Positions 46,721 to 58,826 of a stretch of 64,000 nucleotides of DNA are shown here, one piece after another. A program made the translations under genes and the position numbers. This stretch comes from Escherichia coli (GTDB lineage Bacteria > Pseudomonadota > Gammaproteobacteria > Enterobacterales > Enterobacteriaceae). The stretch is from the NCBI RefSeq assembly GCF_022846255.1, contig NZ_AP025682.1; one strand, given 5' to 3'. Within the stretch, counting starts at the first letter, position 1. Each line of letters opens with the position of its first letter. A model generated the notes under the pieces. It worked only from the letters and a program-made list of their open reading frames with translations. It ran no database searches and had not been told where the DNA came from.

Positions 46721-48139
46721 ATGCATGTACAGCCCATTTCAACTTTCCGTTTGTTCCAGGAAGGTCATCTGCTACGTAATAGCATCGCTATTTTTGTGCT
46801 AACCACGCTGTTCTATTTTATTGGTGCAGAGTTACGGCTGGTTCACGAACTTTCTCTTTTCTGGCCGCTGAATGGCGTAATGGCGGGGGTGTTTGCCCGC
46901 TATGTCTGGCTTAATCGACTGCATTACTATGCGATCAGTTATGTGGCGATGCTGGTTTATGATGCCATAACCACCGAATGGGGGCTGGTTTCACTGGCTA
47001 TCAATTTCTCCAATATGATGTTTATTGTTACCGTCGCCTTACTGGTCGCGCGGGATAAGCGTCTGGGGAAAAATAAGTATGAGCCAGTAAGTGCCTTACG
47101 GCTATTTAATTACTGTCTGATTGCCGCATTATTATGCGCTATTGTCGGGGCGATTGGTTCGGTCAGTATTGATAGTCTGGATTTCTGGCCTTTGCTTGCG
47201 GACTGGTTCAGTGAGCAATTCTCAACGGGCGTGTTGATCGTGCCTTGTATGCTGACGTTGGCAATTCCTGGAGTGCTGCCGCGCTTTAAAGCAGAACAGA
47301 TGATGCCCGCTATCGCGCTTATTGTGTCGGTTATTGCCTCGGTAGTCATTGGCGGAGCGGGGAGTCTGGCGTTCCCGCTGCCTGCATTAATCTGGTGTGC
47401 AGTGCGCTATACGCCGCAGGTAACATGTCTGTTGACCTTTGTCACCGGTGCGGTGGAAATCGTACTGGTGGCAAATTCGGTGATTGATATCTCGGTCGGT
47501 TCGCCGTTCTCCATTCCGCAAATGTTCTCCGCACGTCTCGGTATTGCCACGATGGCGATATGCCCAATTATGGTTTCTTTTAGCGTGGCAGCGATCAATT
47601 CGCTAATGAAGCAAGTTGCGCTGCGAGCCGACTTTGATTTTCTGACCCAGGTTTACTCACGGTCCGGTCTTTATGAGGCGCTGAAAAGTCCATCGCTGAA
47701 ACAGACACAACATCTGACGGTCATGCTGCTTGATATCGACTATTTCAAAAGCATTAACGATAACTATGGACATGAATGTGGCGATAAAGTGTTAAGCGTG
47801 TTTGCCCAGCATATTCAGAAGATTGTCGGTGATAAGGGGCTGGTGGCGCGAATGGGCGGCGAAGAATTTGCTGTTGCAGTGCCATCGGTGAATCCTGTCG
47901 ATGGTCTGCTAATGGCGGAAAAAATCCGTAAAGGCGTTGAACTGCAACCGTTCACCTGGCAACAAAAAACGCTTTATCTCACGGTAAGTATTGGCGTCGG
48001 TAGTGGTTGCGCATCGTACCGAACGCTGACCGATGACTTTAATAAATTGATGGTTGAAGCCGATACATGTCTGTATCGCTCGAAGAAAGATGGGCGCAAC
48101 CGTACCAGCACTATGCGTTACGGTGAGGAAGTTGTCTGA
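46721..48139 (+). CDS. dgcF: membrane-bound diguanylate cyclase DgcF (YneF)
   Basis: 472 aa, N-terminal multi-TM domain plus C-terminal GGDEF (GGEEF); exact start uncertain. Confidence 0.8.
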   Translation: MHVQPISTFRLFQEGHLLRNSIAIFVLTTLFYFIGAELRLVHELSLFWPLNGVMAGVFARYVWLNRLHYYAISYVAMLVYDAITTEWGLVSLAINFSNMMFIVTVALLVARDKRLGKNKYEPVSALRLFNYCLIAALLCAIVGAIGSVSIDSLDFWPLLADWFSEQFSTGVLIVPCMLTLAIPGVLPRFKAEQMMPAIALIVSVIASVVIGGAGSLAFPLPALIWCAVRYTPQVTCLLTFVTGAVEIVLVANSVIDISVGSPFSIPQMFSARLGIATMAICPIMVSFSVAAINSLMKQVALRADFDFLTQVYSRSGLYEALKSPSLKQTQHLTVMLLDIDYFKSINDNYGHECGDKVLSVFAQHIQKIVGDKGLVARMGGEEFAVAVPSVNPVDGLLMAEKIRKGVELQPFTWQQKTLYLTVSIGVGSGCASYRTLTDDFNKLMVEADTCLYRSKKDGRNRTSTMRYGEEVV

Positions 48140-48366
48140 CATCTTTATTCATTCACAGCGATTTAAATGGAATGTGTTCTACCACTTTATTGAGCGAATA
48201 AAAGGCGTAGTTCCTCGATTAAACCATGATCCGCGCCACACTTTTCTCATAAAACTGCTCATTAATCATCAGGAGTTGATCAAAACAGGGGTTCGGCGTA
48301 TTAAAGTTTGCTAACCTGTCGTACCAATTCAAACAGGTTGTATGACTAATCAGAAGGGAACCCATT

Positions 48367-49818
48367 GTGAAAACACTAAATCGTCGCGATTTTCCCGGTG
48401 CACAGTATCCAGAACGTATCATTCAGTTTGGTGAAGGTAACTTCCTGCGCGCCTTTGTTGACTGGCAAATTGATCTCCTGAATGAGCACACCGATCTGAA
48501 TTCTGGCGTGGTCGTTGTTCGTCCGATTGAAACTTCATTCCCACCGTCACTGAGCACACAGGATGGTCTGTACACCACCATTATCCGTGGCCTGAATGAG
48601 AAGGGTGAAGCGGTCAGCGATGCGCGTCTGATTCGCTCGGTTAATCGTGAAATCAGCGTCTACAGTGAATACGATGAATTCCTGAAACTGGCGCACAACC
48701 CGGAAATGCGCTTTGTTTTCTCTAACACCACCGAAGCGGGTATCAGCTACCATGCGGGCGATAAATTCGATGACGCGCCGGCGGTAAGTTATCCGGCAAA
48801 ACTGACCCGTCTGCTGTTCGAACGTTTTAGCCATTTCAACGGTGCGCTGGATAAAGGTTGGATCATCATCCCGTGTGAGTTGATCGACTACAATGGCGAC
48901 GCGTTGCGTGAACTGGTGCTGCGCTATGCGCAAGAGTGGGCACTGCCAGAAGCATTTATTCAATGGCTGGATCAGGCTAACAGCTTCTGTTCTACGCTGG
49001 TGGACCGTATCGTTACCGGTTATCCGCGCGATGAAGTGGCTAAACTGGAAGAAGAACTGGGTTATCACGATGGTTTCCTCGACACCGCTGAACACTTTTA
49101 CCTGTTTGTGATTCAGGGGCCGAAATCCTTAGCGACTGAGCTGCGCCTGGACAAATATCCACTCAACGTGCTGATTGTTGACGATATTAAACCGTATAAA
49201 GAGCGCAAAGTGGCAATCCTCAACGGTGCGCACACCGCGCTGGTGCCGGTGGCGTTCCAGGCAGGGCTGGATACCGTAGGTGAAGCGATGAACGATGCTG
49301 AAATTTGCGCATTCGTTGAAAAAGCCATCTACGAAGAAATTATTCCGGTACTGGATTTGCCACGCGATGAGCTGGAGTCTTTCGCCAGTGCAGTCACCGG
49401 ACGTTTCCGTAACCCGTACATCAAGCATCAACTGCTGTCTATCGCGCTCAACGGTATGACCAAGTTCCGCACACGCATCCTGCCGCAGCTGCTGGCAGGG
49501 CAGAAGGCAAACGGCACACTTCCGGCGCGCCTGACTTTCGCATTAGCGGCATTGATTGCGTTCTATCGCGGTGAGCGTAATGGAGAAACATATCCGGTAC
49601 AGGACGATGCACACTGGCTGGAACGTTATCAGCAACTCTGGAGCCAGTATCGTGACCGTGTTATCGGGACCCAGGAACTGGTAGCGATTGTGTTGGCAGA
49701 AAAAGACCACTGGGAGCAGGACCTGACGCAAGTGCCTGGTCTGGTCGAGCAGGTTGCTAATGACCTGGATGCGATTCTCGAAAAAGGGATGCGCGAAGCT
49801 GTACGCCCGTTGTGCTAA
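48367..49818 (+). CDS. uxaB: altronate oxidoreductase (tagaturonate reductase) UxaB
   Basis: 483 aa, GTG start, mannitol dehydrogenase family; sequence recognised. Confidence 0.92.
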   Translation: MKTLNRRDFPGAQYPERIIQFGEGNFLRAFVDWQIDLLNEHTDLNSGVVVVRPIETSFPPSLSTQDGLYTTIIRGLNEKGEAVSDARLIRSVNREISVYSEYDEFLKLAHNPEMRFVFSNTTEAGISYHAGDKFDDAPAVSYPAKLTRLLFERFSHFNGALDKGWIIIPCELIDYNGDALRELVLRYAQEWALPEAFIQWLDQANSFCSTLVDRIVTGYPRDEVAKLEEELGYHDGFLDTAEHFYLFVIQGPKSLATELRLDKYPLNVLIVDDIKPYKERKVAILNGAHTALVPVAFQAGLDTVGEAMNDAEICAFVEKAIYEEIIPVLDLPRDELESFASAVTGRFRNPYIKHQLLSIALNGMTKFRTRILPQLLAGQKANGTLPARLTFALAALIAFYRGERNGETYPVQDDAHWLERYQQLWSQYRDRVIGTQELVAIVLAEKDHWEQDLTQVPGLVEQVANDLDAILEKGMREAVRPLC

Positions 49819-49825
49819 TACTCTG

Positions 49826-49854
49826 AACCCGGTTTCGACCGGGTTTCTTATTTC
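49826..49854 (+). terminator. intrinsic terminator after uxaB
   Basis: stem AACCCGGT/ACCGGGTT with TTCG loop followed by TCTTATTTC. Confidence 0.65.
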
Positions 49855-49864
49855 ACTATATTAG

Positions 49865-49928
49865 TTACAACATTCTATGCGTCTTTATCATTAACAGGTG
49901 CCACATGCAGCACCTGTTAATGTTGTAA
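49865..49928. repeat. interrupted long inverted repeat between uxaB and yneE
   Basis: 13-bp perfect IR CATTAACAGGTGC/GCACCTGTTAATG (49889-49901 and 49910-49922) nested in outer IR TTACAACATT/AATGTTGTAA (49865-49874 and 49919-49928). Confidence 0.5.
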
Positions 49929-50014
49929 GCTTGTAGGTAATTTGTAAGTAGTGTCTTGAGAATGTGATCGTAATCACGTTTAATAGGGCGACTTTTCCAC
50001 GCCTGAAGATAACC

Positions 50015-50929
50015 ATGATTGTTCGTCCACAACAACACTGGCTGCGCCGTATTTTTGTCTGGCACGGTTCAGTATTATCCAAGATATCCTCGCGCTTACT
50101 ACTCAATTTTCTCTTTTCTATCGCTGTTATTTTCATGCTGCCCTGGTACACGCATTTGGGCATTAAATTCACCCTCGCACCGTTCAGCATTCTCGGTGTC
50201 GCCATCGCCATTTTTCTTGGTTTTCGTAATAATGCCGGTTACGCCCGTTACGTTGAAGCGCGAAAACTTTGGGGGCAGTTGATGATTGCCTCGCGGTCGT
50301 TACTGCGCGAGGTAAAAACGACATTGCCGGATTCGGCAAGTGTAAGGGAGTTTGCCCGGCTGCAAATCGCCTTCGCCCACTGTTTACGCATGACATTACG
50401 CAAACAGCCACAGGCGGAAGTGCTGGCTCATTATCTCAAGACTGAAGATCTTCAGCGTGTACTGGCTTCTAACTCTCCAGCTAACCGCATCTTGTTAATA
50501 ATGGGGGAGTGGTTGGCGGTTCATCGACGCAATGGACAACTTTCAGATATCCTGTTTATTAGCCTCAACGATCGGCTTAATGATATTTCAGCGGTCCTGG
50601 CAGGATGCGAGCGCATTGCCTATACGCCAATTCCCTTTGCCTACACCCTGATTTTGCATCGCACCGTGTATCTGTTTTGTATCATGCTGCCGTTTGCGCT
50701 GGTCGTGGACCTGCATTACATGACGCCTTTTATCTCTGTGCTGATTTCCTACACTTTTATTTCGCTGGATTGTCTGGCGGAAGAACTGGAAGATCCCTTC
50801 GGTACTGAAAACAATGATTTACCGCTGGATGCCATCTGCAACGCTATTGAAATTGACCTGTTACAGATGAATGATGAAGCAGAAATTCCAGCGAAAATTC
50901 TTCCCGATCGCCATTACCAGCTGACGTGA
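50015..50929 (+). CDS. yneE: bestrophin-like membrane protein YneE (UPF0187)
   Basis: 304 aa from MIVRPQQHWLRRIF; track ORF starts 17 codons upstream at GTG. Confidence 0.85.
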   Translation: MIVRPQQHWLRRIFVWHGSVLSKISSRLLLNFLFSIAVIFMLPWYTHLGIKFTLAPFSILGVAIAIFLGFRNNAGYARYVEARKLWGQLMIASRSLLREVKTTLPDSASVREFARLQIAFAHCLRMTLRKQPQAEVLAHYLKTEDLQRVLASNSPANRILLIMGEWLAVHRRNGQLSDILFISLNDRLNDISAVLAGCERIAYTPIPFAYTLILHRTVYLFCIMLPFALVVDLHYMTPFISVLISYTFISLDCLAEELEDPFGTENNDLPLDAICNAIEIDLLQMNDEAEIPAKILPDRHYQLT

Positions 50930-50932
50930 TAA

Positions 50933-51691
50933 TTACTCCGTACGGCGGGCAACAATAAACAGACGCGGAAATGCCAGCAATATCTGTCCGTTCTCCTGGA
51001 GGGGATATTGCTCTTCCAGCATCTGATGGTAGCGCGTAAGAAAATGCTGCTGTTCGCTCTCGGTCAGATCCTGTAACCACGGACGTAATCCAGTGGCGGT
51101 CACCCAATCGATAATCGCCTGGTGCGACGGCATCTGGTGATAGTAAGTGGTTCGCCAGATATCGACCTCACATCCGGCTTCACTCAGAATATCGTAGTAA
51201 GCATGAACGCCAGCCAGCGGCTCACGCCCGCGATCCGGGTAGTTTTGTTCCCAGGCAACTTCGCGCATGAGCACATGGGTCGGCTCCAGCCAGTTATCTG
51301 GCATCTGTACTGCCAGCACGCCCAGCGGACTGAGTAACGAAACCAGATGAGGAAACAATTCGTAGTGGTCGGGCAGCCATTGCAGCGAGGCATTAGCAAA
51401 AATCAGATCGAGTGCCTGTTCCGGTTGCCAGTTGCGGATATCTGCTTCCACAAACAGGCAGTCTGGCAAAGCACTGCGCGCTTCAGCAATCATCGCCGGA
51501 GATGAGTCGATGCCCGTTATCCTGGCAGCAGGCCAACGTTGGTGTAGAAGGGCGGTGCTGTTACCTGGGCCACAGCCAAGATCGGCAATGTATTCGATAT
51601 TCTCCAGCGGCACTCTGGCAAGCAGCTCCACCGCCGGACGCGATCGTTCAGCAGCGAAGTGCAGATATAAAGAGGGGTTCCAGTCAGACAT
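50933..51691 (-). CDS. tam: trans-aconitate 2-methyltransferase Tam
   Basis: 252 aa, SAM-dependent methyltransferase motif LGCGPGN. Confidence 0.88.
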   Translation of the reverse strand: MSDWNPSLYLHFAAERSRPAVELLARVPLENIEYIADLGCGPGNSTALLHQRWPAARITGIDSSPAMIAEARSALPDCLFVEADIRNWQPEQALDLIFANASLQWLPDHYELFPHLVSLLSPLGVLAVQMPDNWLEPTHVLMREVAWEQNYPDRGREPLAGVHAYYDILSEAGCEVDIWRTTYYHQMPSHQAIIDWVTATGLRPWLQDLTESEQQHFLTRYHQMLEEQYPLQENGQILLAFPRLFIVARRTE

Positions 51692-51747
51692 ATTTTTACT
51701 CCCGTCAGCGCGTTACCCCAAGTGTAGATAAAACTGATAAATTCGCC

Positions 51748-52038
51748 TCACGGCATCAACCCATTGAACAGACGTTTTTTACGCGGCCCGGTCATTAAAG
51801 ATTCCAGTTTTGCGACACAGGTTTTGTAGTGGGGCGTGGTTTTATGGAATGCCACTGCGTCTTCATCTTTATAGGCTTCGTAGATATAAAAGCGCGAATT
51901 CACTTCCGGGTCCTGTAAGACATCGAAGCGCAAATTGCCTTCTTCCTGTACAGAGCCCAGGTGGTTCTGGCGAAAAACTTCGATAAACTCGTCAACCTTG
52001 TCTTCATGAACGTTAATTTCAACCAGTGTGACGTGCAT
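51748..52038 (-). CDS. lsrG: AI-2 degradation enzyme LsrG
   Basis: 96 aa from [18 protein letters not shown]; AAGGAGAAG Shine-Dalgarno upstream. Confidence 0.9.
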   Translation of the reverse strand: MHVTLVEINVHEDKVDEFIEVFRQNHLGSVQEEGNLRFDVLQDPEVNSRFYIYEAYKDEDAVAFHKTTPHYKTCVAKLESLMTGPRKKRLFNGLMP

Positions 52039-52060
52039 GTTTCTTCTCCTTAATCCGCAG

Positions 52061-52936
52061 TTACTGTTTTTCACTCAGATAGAGTTCATATGCCCGATCA
52101 GCCGTTTCGTTATGGTGTACCACCGCCTGTACGGCTTTCATCATCGCCACCGGATGGTCAGACTGGAAAATATTACGCCCCATATCCACACCAGAAGCGC
52201 CCTGATCGATAGCCTGCCAGCACATTTCCAGCGCCTCGCGCTCCGGTAATTTTTTACCGCCAGCAATGACAATGGGTACCGGACATCCGGCAACAATCCG
52301 TTCAAAACCTTTATCGACATAATAAGTTTTGATAATCTGCGCCCCCATTTCAGCGGCGATTCGAGTCGCGAGCGAGAAATAACGTTGGTCGCGCACCATA
52401 TCTTTGCCCACGCCAGTGACGGCCATGGTCGGCATTCCCGCTTTCATTCCGGCATCGACCAGCTGAATAATATTTTTGATCGACTGATGTTCATATTCGC
52501 TGCCGATATAAACCTGCGCCGCCACCGCGCAACTGTTCAGGCGCACGGCATCATCCATCGATAACGCCACGGCTTCATTACTTAATTCCGCCAGAATAGA
52601 GTTCGCACCTGACGCCCGCAGTACCACCGGCTTATTGGTCGCAGGGGGGACTACGCTGCGCAAAATACCGCGCGTACACATTAATACATCGGCATGTTCA
52701 AACAGCGGGGCGATATTTATATCAATGCGTTCAAGTCCGGTAGTCGGCCCCTGAAAATAACCATGATCAAAGGCCAGCATCACGGTTTTACCCGTTTTCG
52801 GATTAAATATCCGCGATAAGCGTGACTGCATTCCCCAATCCAGTGCACCGCAACCTTTCAGGGTAAAAGGGATATTTTTTTGCGGTTGATCGGTACGAAA
52901 ATCTTTACCATCTTTAATATCGTCTAAATCTGCCAT
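52061..52936 (-). CDS. lsrF: phospho-AI-2 thiolase/aldolase-family enzyme LsrF
   Basis: 291 aa, DeoC/class I aldolase family. Confidence 0.9.
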   Translation of the reverse strand: MADLDDIKDGKDFRTDQPQKNIPFTLKGCGALDWGMQSRLSRIFNPKTGKTVMLAFDHGYFQGPTTGLERIDINIAPLFEHADVLMCTRGILRSVVPPATNKPVVLRASGANSILAELSNEAVALSMDDAVRLNSCAVAAQVYIGSEYEHQSIKNIIQLVDAGMKAGMPTMAVTGVGKDMVRDQRYFSLATRIAAEMGAQIIKTYYVDKGFERIVAGCPVPIVIAGGKKLPEREALEMCWQAIDQGASGVDMGRNIFQSDHPVAMMKAVQAVVHHNETADRAYELYLSEKQ

Positions 52937-52962
52937 AACGTACTCCGGTTAAGTAATGCACA

Positions 52963-53985
52963 TCAGAAATCGTATTTGCCGATATTCTCTTTGTTGAATA
53001 TCACGCGCTCCGGTAACAGTACGATGCCATTACCATCCGCTTCGTAGTCATAGCCCTGAACGCTGTTTGGCGAGACTTCCACCTGACCTACGCCCTGAAT
53101 ATCCAGCTTGTCGCCCGTTTTCATTGATCCTTTTTTCAATAATGCATCCGCGACATAAACTGATATTTTGCCTTGCTGAACCACATCCCACAGGCCAAAT
53201 TCTTTCACCGTGCCGCGTTCCACATATGGACGCATCACGTTTGGCGTACTGAATCCGACAATCGCAACTTTGTCATTTTTCAGGTTTTCTGCGGCTTGTG
53301 CGGCAGCGGGCAGGGCATTGGCATCGGGGGCGATAATGGCGTCGAGATCGCTATAGGCTTTTAATATTCCTTCTGCGGTTTGTAACGATTTAGTGGCATC
53401 GTTATAGCCAAACTGCGTAGTGACAATTTCCCAGCCTGGATGCTCTTTGGCGATTTTCGCTTTCGCTTCTTTCACCCACTGGTTTTGGTCCGTAACGGTG
53501 GGGCTTGAGTAGAAAAACGCGACTTTGGCTTTGTCTTTATTCACCTGACGCGCCGCCATATCCACCAACATACCTCCCAACTGGGCGGGCGTTCCCTGAT
53601 TAATGTAGTAAGAGCGGCACTCCGGTTTAGTATCAGAGTCCCAGGTCAGCACTCTCACACCACGTTGCATGGCGCGTTTCAGTGCCGGACACAAGCCATC
53701 AGGCGAAACCGCAGAAACGATAATGGCGTTATACCCCTGATTGACGAAGTTATTAATCAACTGTACCTGACCAGAAACACTGGGTTCTGTCGGCCCGTCG
53801 TAGGTCACATCAACGCCCAACTCTTTACCCGCTTGTTGTGCGCCGTTGCCACCGCTGGTAAAAAATCCCACGCCAACCAGTTTGGGAATAAATGCAATAC
53901 GCTCTGCCGCCTGCACATTCATAGAGATTACGGCAATGCCAAGCGCGCTAAGTAAGGCGATTTTCTTAAAGCGATGAAGTGTCAT
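52963..53985 (-). CDS. lsrB: AI-2 periplasmic binding protein LsrB
   Basis: 340 aa with signal peptide. Confidence 0.92.
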   Translation of the reverse strand: MTLHRFKKIALLSALGIAVISMNVQAAERIAFIPKLVGVGFFTSGGNGAQQAGKELGVDVTYDGPTEPSVSGQVQLINNFVNQGYNAIIVSAVSPDGLCPALKRAMQRGVRVLTWDSDTKPECRSYYINQGTPAQLGGMLVDMAARQVNKDKAKVAFFYSSPTVTDQNQWVKEAKAKIAKEHPGWEIVTTQFGYNDATKSLQTAEGILKAYSDLDAIIAPDANALPAAAQAAENLKNDKVAIVGFSTPNVMRPYVERGTVKEFGLWDVVQQGKISVYVADALLKKGSMKTGDKLDIQGVGQVEVSPNSVQGYDYEADGNGIVLLPERVIFNKENIGKYDF

Positions 53986-53996
53986 GAAGATATCCT

Positions 53997-54989
53997 TTAT
54001 GGCAATGGGTTATTGGCCCGACGCGCCAGCCACTCTTTAATTTGCTGGCGATGCAGGCTAACGGAACGACCTACGACAACGACGATAAGTAGCGCACCGG
54101 AAAGGGCGCTGGACACCTGATTTGGCACTCCTGCCATTTGCAAACCTTGTTGCAAATATCCCACTAATAAAACCGCTATGGCGGTGCCGATAATGGAACC
54201 AGAACCACCATAAATATTGGCACCGCCGAGCACTACGGCGGTGATGGCGGGCATCAGAAACGACGCACCGAGATCGGAACGTGCTGAACCAAAATACGAT
54301 ACCAGCAGCACAGCGGCGACCGCAGACGCCAGCCCCGTCATGGCATAGAGCGCACACAAGGTGCGGTTAACTGGAATCGCGCTATAAACCGCCACACGCG
54401 GGCTTTGCCCAATTAAAAACACGTTACGTCCGGCATGGGTTTTATGCAGCCAGAGCCAGAAAACGAGGAGACATATCAGGAAGATAATCAGCGGAACGGG
54501 GAGCCCCAGCACATCCAGGTTAGCGAAATCTGTAAACGCCATCGGGAATCCACCAATACCTTCGTACCCCGTCGCTCCGGCCATCCCGGAAAGCAGCAGG
54601 GCGCTTCCGGCAAACAGATACAGCGTGCCAAGCGTAATCACCAGCGGGTTAACTTTGGTATAGATAATTAATCCGGCGTTGATCAGCCCGCACAATGCGC
54701 CGAGCAGTAAGGTCAGAAGAATCGCCAGCGGCATCGGCACACCACTTTGAAACAGTACGCCCAATGCAATGGCGCAGAGGCCGATGGTCGAACCAAACGA
54801 AATATCGATCCCACCACTGACAATCACCATCGTCAGCGGTAGGGCGACAATGCCAATGCAGATAAAGTCACTGGTGCTGAACAGCAACATATTGAGATCT
54901 AACATCCGCGGGTTAATTGCACCAAATGCGACAATCTCAATAACGAGCAGTGCGGCAAGAGCCAGTTCCCAACCGTAGCGAATACGCAT
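53997..54989 (-). CDS. lsrD: AI-2 ABC transporter permease LsrD
   Basis: 330 aa multi-TM permease. Confidence 0.9.
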   Translation of the reverse strand: MRIRYGWELALAALLVIEIVAFGAINPRMLDLNMLLFSTSDFICIGIVALPLTMVIVSGGIDISFGSTIGLCAIALGVLFQSGVPMPLAILLTLLLGALCGLINAGLIIYTKVNPLVITLGTLYLFAGSALLLSGMAGATGYEGIGGFPMAFTDFANLDVLGLPVPLIIFLICLLVFWLWLHKTHAGRNVFLIGQSPRVAVYSAIPVNRTLCALYAMTGLASAVAAVLLVSYFGSARSDLGASFLMPAITAVVLGGANIYGGSGSIIGTAIAVLLVGYLQQGLQMAGVPNQVSSALSGALLIVVVVGRSVSLHRQQIKEWLARRANNPLP

Positions 54990-56017
54990 TATGCAGCCTC
55001 CCGTTTTTTACCTGACGAAGCGGGTTTAACGGATGGCGGAGGCGTCATAAAGCGGGCATATTTTTGCCGCCGCAGATTACGTTCCAGCGCACAACGCAGG
55101 CGTCCATCAAACACCAGCACCGCCAGCAGAACCAGGCCCGCGATAAAATCGTTCCACCATGCCGGAATGCGCAACAGCACCAGTACACTATCGATCTGCG
55201 TCAGGAACCATGCGCCGAGTACCGCACCGATGATCGCACCGGAACCGCCGAGCAAACTAATGCCGCCCAGCACGCAGGCTGCAATTGCTTTCATCTCCAG
55301 CCCGGTACCGGTCTGGTTGGGGATAAAACCAATCTGCGAAGCAAACACAATTCCCGCCACTGCCGCCATGCAGCCGTTCAACGAAAATGCCACAATGCGA
55401 ATGGCTTCCGTACGAACGCCCAGTTGACGAGCGCCCTGTAAATTATCGCCCGTGGCATAAAAACTGCGTCCAAACGCCGTCTTCGCCAGCAGCCAGGCCA
55501 TAAATGCCACCAGAATTATCGTCAACCAACCAATCGCGGAAACGCCAAACAGCAGCGGGGCAGAGAGTTGTTTCAGTTCGGCGGGTAATCCCTCAATCCA
55601 TTTACCGCCAGTCCACAGCAACATGATGCCTCTGTACAACCCTAACGAGCCAAGGGTGGCGACAATGGCAGGGATCTTTAGCCACGCGACCAGGACACCG
55701 TTGAAAAATCCCGCGAGCAAACCAAGCAGTAGAGTCGCGACACAAGCAACAGGTAGTGAATACCCCGCGTTCAGTAACATCCCCAACAGCACCGCGCACA
55801 TTCCGGTAATCGAACCCACTGAAACATCAATATTGCGCGTAAGCATTACCAGCGTCGCGCCCATTGCCAGCAGGATCAGGATTTGCGCGCTGCTATAAAC
55901 CATGGTCAGCGTTTGCACACTTAAATACTGACGGTCGAGAAAACCGGGTAATACAAACAGCAGCACCACCGCCAGCAGTGCCGTGATTTCACGGTTGTTC
56001 TGGATAAACTTCAGCAT
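54989..56017 (-). CDS. lsrC: AI-2 ABC transporter permease LsrC
   Basis: 342 aa multi-TM permease. Confidence 0.9.
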   Translation of the reverse strand: MLKFIQNNREITALLAVVLLFVLPGFLDRQYLSVQTLTMVYSSAQILILLAMGATLVMLTRNIDVSVGSITGMCAVLLGMLLNAGYSLPVACVATLLLGLLAGFFNGVLVAWLKIPAIVATLGSLGLYRGIMLLWTGGKWIEGLPAELKQLSAPLLFGVSAIGWLTIILVAFMAWLLAKTAFGRSFYATGDNLQGARQLGVRTEAIRIVAFSLNGCMAAVAGIVFASQIGFIPNQTGTGLEMKAIAACVLGGISLLGGSGAIIGAVLGAWFLTQIDSVLVLLRIPAWWNDFIAGLVLLAVLVFDGRLRCALERNLRRQKYARFMTPPPSVKPASSGKKREAA

Positions 56018-57546
56018 GACGCCTCCTGACGCTGACTATCTCCGAAGGCAACGCGCATAATGGTCTCGACATTAATATCGCGCCCGGTCAGTGCAGAGTG
56101 GGCAATTTCGCCCTGATGCATCACATACACGCGATCTGCCATCAGTTCGATCTCTTCGAGATCAGAGGAGATAAGCAGCACAGCCACATTCTGTGCGGCG
56201 ATGCTGCGCAACAGTTGGTAGATATCATTACGCGCCGAGACATCCACGCCGCGCGTCGGCTCATCGACAATCAATACTTGCGGCGAAGCTTCCAGGCATT
56301 TGGCAATCAGGATTTTTTGCTGGTTGCCACCGGATAATGTCCGTGCAGCTTGTTCCGGTTGGTTAAATTTAATATTCAGCGCCCGACGATATCGTTCCAG
56401 GGTGGCATTATCTTTCGCGGTTTTCGCCCAGAATCCACGAAGGTTATGAGTAAGGGCGCAGACGTTCCAGGCCAGCGAAGCATCGAGATTCAGTCCGGAT
56501 GACTGGCGATCTTCCGGCAGATAAACCAGACCGCGCAGTAAACGTTCTCCGGTGGATAATCTATTGATATCTTTACCATTCAGCATAATGCGTCCGCCAC
56601 GCAAAGTACGCAGACCATAGAGCGTCTCGGCCAGTTCTGTGCGTCCGGCTCCCACCAGTCCAGCCAGGCCCAGAATTTCTCCGGCATTGAGCGTCAGGCT
56701 GACATTCCTGAAACCTTCGCCGGTCAGATTTTCCAGTGTCAGCACCGGCGTTCCGGCGGCATGTTGTGGGCGGTTGCCAGGTAATTCCAGCCATAATTTT
56801 TGGCTGGCAGAGAGCGATTTTTCCCGTAGCGCTGGCGTGATGGCCTGAATAATGTCGTCGGTAGACAGTTCGCTGGTTTTGCCGCTTAAGGCGATGGTTC
56901 CGTCGCGCATCACGCTAATCCGATCGGCAATCTGGCGAATTTCCGGCAGCTTATGCGAGATAAAAACAATACCCACGCCAGTAGCAAGCAGCTCTTGCAA
57001 GCGACTAAACAAGCGTTCGGTTTCCGCAGGGGTAAGCGAGGCGGTAGGTTCATCGAGGATCAGAATCTGCGAGTCGCGCATCAGCCCACGGAGGATTTCC
57101 ACCATTTGGCGATCGGCGACATCCAGCGATCCTGCCAGACTATGCAGATCAAACTGGCAGCCCAGCGCCACCAGCAAGTTATTCATTTTCTGTATGGAGA
57201 GTTGTTTTTTTGCCAGACCAAACAGGATGTTTTCTTTTATCGACAGGCTTGGAAAAAGCAGCGGTTCCTGGGGAACGAGATAAATGCCCAGCTGATGAGC
57301 ATGAACTGGCGTTAATCTGGTGTAGTTGTTGCCCCCAATCTCCAGCGTACCGCTATCAGCAGGGGTAATACCGGCAATAATCTTCATTAACGTCGATTTA
57401 CCGGCACCATTGCCGCCGAGCAGTGCGTGGACCTCCCCCTGATGCAACGTAAAATCGATGCCTTTCAGGACATTAACCCCTGAATACTGTTTATAAACCG
57501 AGCGGGCGCAAAGTAGCGGTAACGCGCGGGTATCACTCGTTTGCAT
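56011..57546 (-). CDS. lsrA: AI-2 ABC transporter ATP-binding protein LsrA
   Basis: 511 aa with two ABC cassettes (Walker [10 protein letters not shown] and GLVGAGRTE). Confidence 0.92.
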   Translation of the reverse strand: MQTSDTRALPLLCARSVYKQYSGVNVLKGIDFTLHQGEVHALLGGNGAGKSTLMKIIAGITPADSGTLEIGGNNYTRLTPVHAHQLGIYLVPQEPLLFPSLSIKENILFGLAKKQLSIQKMNNLLVALGCQFDLHSLAGSLDVADRQMVEILRGLMRDSQILILDEPTASLTPAETERLFSRLQELLATGVGIVFISHKLPEIRQIADRISVMRDGTIALSGKTSELSTDDIIQAITPALREKSLSASQKLWLELPGNRPQHAAGTPVLTLENLTGEGFRNVSLTLNAGEILGLAGLVGAGRTELAETLYGLRTLRGGRIMLNGKDINRLSTGERLLRGLVYLPEDRQSSGLNLDASLAWNVCALTHNLRGFWAKTAKDNATLERYRRALNIKFNQPEQAARTLSGGNQQKILIAKCLEASPQVLIVDEPTRGVDVSARNDIYQLLRSIAAQNVAVLLISSDLEEIELMADRVYVMHQGEIAHSALTGRDINVETIMRVAFGDSQRQEASC

Positions 57547-57710
57547 ATTTCCCCCGTTCAGTTTTGCAGGTGAGTTTTGAACAAATGTATTTCTGCTTTT
57601 AATTTGTTCATAACCTTAGGTGGACATTGCACATATTTCCGACGAATAGATCACAATTTATGCTATTTTGATTTTCACGGTTGCGTTTGTTCATGCTCGT
57701 AGAGTCAAAC

Positions 57711-57726
57711 TGTGGTTGCTATCACA
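57711..57726. promoter_or_regulatory. CRP-site-like sequence in the lsrA/lsrR divergent intergenic region
   Basis: TGTGG-ttgcta-TCACA, near match to TGTGA-N6-TCACA. Confidence 0.45.
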
Positions 57727-57794
57727 GATATAAATGCGCAAGAACTGAACAATTGCATTAAAGATTTAAATATGTTCAAAGTGAAGAATGAATT

Positions 57795-58748
57795 ATGACA
57801 ATCAACGATTCGGTAATTTCAGAACAGGGAATGTGTGAAGAAGAACAGGTCGCGCGGATTGCGTGGTTTTACTACCACGACGGGCTGACCCAGAGTGAGA
57901 TCAGCGATCGTCTCGGCCTGACCCGTTTGAAAGTGTCGCGATTACTGGAGAAAGGGCATCAATCCGGCATTATTCGCGTACAGATTAATTCACGCTTTGA
58001 AGGCTGTCTGGAATATGAAACACAATTACGTCGTCAGTTTTCGCTGCAACATGTCCGGGTGATCCCAGGGCTTGCGGATGCTGATGTCGGCGGGCGACTA
58101 GGGATAGGCGCGGCGCATATGTTGATGAGTTTACTTCAACCACAACAGATGCTGGCGATTGGTTTTGGCGAGGCAACCATGAATACGCTGCAACGCTTAA
58201 GTGGTTTTATTTCGTCACAGCAAATTCGCCTGGTCACGCTCTCCGGTGGAGTCGGTTCTTATATGACGGGTATCGGGCAGCTTAACGCGGCGTGCAGTGT
58301 GAATATTATTCCGGCTCCGTTGCGGGCATCCTCCGCTGACATTGCCCGTACGCTAAAAAATGAAAATTGCGTCAAAGATGTTCTGCTAGCCGCGCAAGCA
58401 GCGGATGTGGCGATTGTCGGCATTGGGGCTGTGAGTCAACAAGACGACGCAACAATCATTCGCTCCGGCTATATCAGCCAGGGCGAACAGTTAATGATTG
58501 GTCGAAAAGGGGCGGTTGGCGACATTTTAGGCTACTTTTTTGATGCAAAAGGTGACGTTGTCACGGATATCAAAATACATAACGAACTGATTGGCTTACC
58601 TTTAAGCGCGCTGAAGACCATACCCGTCCGGGTTGGCGTGGCAGGGGGAGAAAATAAAGCCGAAGCAATTGCCGCTGCAATGAAAGGCGGTTATATCAAC
58701 GCACTGGTTACCGATCAGGACACAGCAGCGGCGATTTTACGTAGTTAA
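57795..58748 (+). CDS. lsrR: lsr operon repressor LsrR (SorC family)
   Basis: 317 aa, N-terminal HTH. Confidence 0.92.
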   Translation: MTINDSVISEQGMCEEEQVARIAWFYYHDGLTQSEISDRLGLTRLKVSRLLEKGHQSGIIRVQINSRFEGCLEYETQLRRQFSLQHVRVIPGLADADVGGRLGIGAAHMLMSLLQPQQMLAIGFGEATMNTLQRLSGFISSQQIRLVTLSGGVGSYMTGIGQLNAACSVNIIPAPLRASSADIARTLKNENCVKDVLLAAQAADVAIVGIGAVSQQDDATIIRSGYISQGEQLMIGRKGAVGDILGYFFDAKGDVVTDIKIHNELIGLPLSALKTIPVRVGVAGGENKAEAIAAAMKGGYINALVTDQDTAAAILRS

Positions 58749-58826
58749 ATTTGCATGACCTTGTTACCGGGAATGATGGAGAACGTATAGAGGAACAGAC
58801 AGAACGCATAAGCCGAGGATAATCTA

